Shown here piece after piece: positions 62,004 through 64,000 of a stretch of DNA of 64,000 nucleotides. The notes below the pieces were generated by a model that saw only the letters and a list, made by a program, of their open reading frames with translations, searched no databases and had not been told where the DNA came from. This DNA is from Botryllus schlosseri (taxonomy: Eukaryota): assembly GCA_051294905.1 (NCBI GenBank), contig CM119371.1:18664001-18728000 (forward strand). The letters are read 5' to 3'. The translations under genes were made by a program, and so were the position numbers. Numbering within the stretch: the first letter of the stretch is position 1; each line of letters begins with the position of its first letter.

Positions 62004-62571
62004 GCGTCCTAAACATTGAAGATATGCGGAAACTAGAAATCGCCAAGTTTATGTATCAGTTTCACTGCGGTCGTTGCCCCGAATACTTCAATGACTTCTT
62101 TACCTCTGAATCAAAAGCGCACAAGTACAACACACGCGCGTCCATGTCGTCCAAATATCATATGATCGACCGCGAAGATCATCGCTCCATCAAATATGCC
62201 GGACCTGATGTGTGGAACAGTATCCCGCCGGCCATCCGACAGTCGACGAGCATGTCCACATTCAAGTCGAACAACAAGCAATTACTACTAAATAAATACA
62301 GTACATCCTCAAGATTACCGGACCACGACTGACCTATCGATCTCGCTTCCCATGACATGCCGCCCTATTTCTTGTCGCATTCTTTTTCTATACTATCTTC
62401 TTTACTTTCATTCAGTGTGCATGCCTCCTCTTTACATCGCCTAGGCCAAGGTGGGTGTCAGATTCCATAGACTACTCCTTGTCGCTTCGACATCTTCCTG
62501 TCTTTTCATTGTATCGCATTTTTGTGGTGTATTGAACTGATAAAATTGCTAATAAACCAATGATGATGATG
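62004..62571 (+). mobile_element. LINE 3' fragment, copy 8 (private substitutions)
   Basis: Same junctions; H>R and KY>NN changes in the ORF. Confidence 0.9.
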
Positions 62572-62689
62572 ATGAAGTATCGCGCGAAATTTGTAATTGT
62601 AGTCGGCCTAACGCATTTTCATTATATCGCAATCGTCTTAGAGAAACGGACAATGTCACATAAAACGGCAGAAACTGTCTCGATCTGTC

Positions 62690-62810
62690 GCCTACGACCA
62701 TACCACGTTGAATATACCCGATCTCGTCCGATCTCGGAAGTCAAGTAACGTTGGGCCCGGTTAGTACTTGCATGGGTGACCGGCAGGGAATACCGGGTGT
62801 AGTAGGCGGC
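62690..62810 (+). rRNA. 5S rRNA variant (AAGTAA, GGCAGGG)
   Basis: Full-length, two substitutions. Confidence 0.9.
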
Positions 62811-63164
62811 TTTTTCATTTTTTTCGCACAAACTCGATCAATTTGATCGCTGCGCTGTATTCACGTATGAAGTATCGCGCGAAATTTGTAATTGTAGTCG
62901 GCCTAACACATTTTCATGATATCGAAATCTTGTGCTGTTTTTACATGACGAAAATTCCAATAAAATAACTACTCTGACAGCGAGAGCTTACTTGTCTGTT
63001 TTTCGAGCAGACACAAGAACAGAGCAGGACGCCAATGATATTCGACCTCTAGTTGGTCAGAAAGTGCCTCGGCGCAATAAGACTATCTATACTATTCTGG
63101 CGTCTCGTCGACAGCATGGCGACGTAAATTGTCACTAAAAACGGCACAGATCGTAACCACTGTC

Positions 63165-63285
63165 GCCTACGACCATACCACGTTGAATATACCCGATCTC
63201 GTCCGATCTCGGAAGTCAAGCAATGTTTGGCCCGGTTAGTACTTGCATGGGTGACCGGCTGGGAATACCGGGTGTAGTAGGCGGC
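63165..63285 (+). rRNA. 5S rRNA variant b
   Basis: As 51657. Confidence 0.9.
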
Positions 63286-63639
63286 TTTTTCATTTTTTTC
63301 GCACAAACTCGATCAATTTGATCGCTGCGCTGTATTCACGTATGAAGTATCGCGCGAAATTTGTAATTGTAGTCGGCCTAACACATTTTCATGATATCGA
63401 AATCTCGTGCTGTTTTTACATGACGAAAATTCCAATAAAATAACTACTCTGACAGCGAGAGCTTACTTGTCTGTTTTTCGAGCAGACACAAGAACAGAGC
63501 AGGACGCCAATGATATTCGACCTCTAGTTGGTCAGAAAGTGCCTCGGCGCAATAAGACTATCTATACTATTCTGGCGTCTCGTCGACAGCATGGCGACGT
63601 AAATTGTCACTAAAAACGGCACAGATCGTAACCACTGTC

Positions 63640-63760
63640 GCCTACGACCATACCACGTTGAATATACCCGATCTCGTCCGATCTCGGAAGTCAAGCAATG
63701 TTTGGCCCGGTTAGTACTTGCATGGGTGACCGGCAGGGAATACCGGGTGTAGTAGGCGGC
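63640..63760 (+). rRNA. 5S rRNA variant b plus GGCAGGG
   Basis: Full-length, three substitutions. Confidence 0.9.
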
Positions 63761-64000
63761 TTTTTCATTTTTTTCGCACAAACTCGATCAATTTGATCGC
63801 TGCGCTGTATTCACGTATGAAGTATCGCGCGAAATTTGTAATTGTAGTCGGCCTAACACATTTTCATGATATCGAAATCTCGTGCTGTTTTTACATGACG
63901 AAAATTCCAATAAAATAACTACTCTGACAGCGAGAGCTTACTTGTCTGTTTTTCGAGCAGACACAAGAACAGAGCAGGACGCCAATGATATTCGACCTCT

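Larger units (their letters stand above)
46130..64000 (+). repeat. 5S rDNA tandem array (36 genes; 295/475-bp units; 2215- and 1918-bp higher-order repeats), runs off the window end
   Basis: Head-to-tail 5S copies; LINE ORF starts at 48301, 50516, then every 1918 bp to 62024. Confidence 0.97.

Noticed and set aside
48281..62571. 5S-specific targeted retrotransposon (Mutsu/R2-like behaviour)
   Set aside because: Insertion is in the spacer rather than the gene, and all copies share one breakpoint, so only one event is evidenced.
46130..64000. CRISPR-like array or repeated small-protein genes (MMMMMKYRAK, MCEKNEKAAY, MLFLHDENS)
   Set aside because: The repeats are 5S rRNA genes and their spacers; spacers are themselves repeated, no cas genes, eukaryotic context. 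The ORFs are incidental and poly-Met is the LINE (ATG)n tail.

Overview
Eukaryotic genomic DNA, probably from an invertebrate; an ascidian-like deuterostome is a guess from the 5S sequence and repeat style only. Two zones. (1) 1-46 kb is transposon-dense. It holds two convergent multi-C2H2 zinc-finger genes (8995-10191 +, 26184-27503 -; 13 intact fingers each, decayed fingers on the flanks), many non-autonomous DNA transposons (hAT-type with 8-bp TSDs; TA-flanked pogo/Tc1-mariner-type), a tRNA-derived SINE, LINE fragments and three deep nests of elements. One nest runs LINE RT fragment > hAT > MITE > gag-only Gypsy-type LTR element. (2) ~46.05 kb to the window end is a tandem 5S rDNA array: 36 5S copies with 295-bp and 475-bp basic units. 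One 568-bp 5'-truncated CR1/L2-group LINE 3' end sits in a spacer and was co-amplified to 8 copies, giving 2215-bp and then 1918-bp higher-order repeats. The 5S has a compensatory helix IV/box C change and a possible 3-bp extension of helix I. Only about 1 in 4 copies per higher-order repeat matches consensus. A diverged, inverted single copy of the long spacer lies just outside the array. Most short ORFs in the track are spurious.
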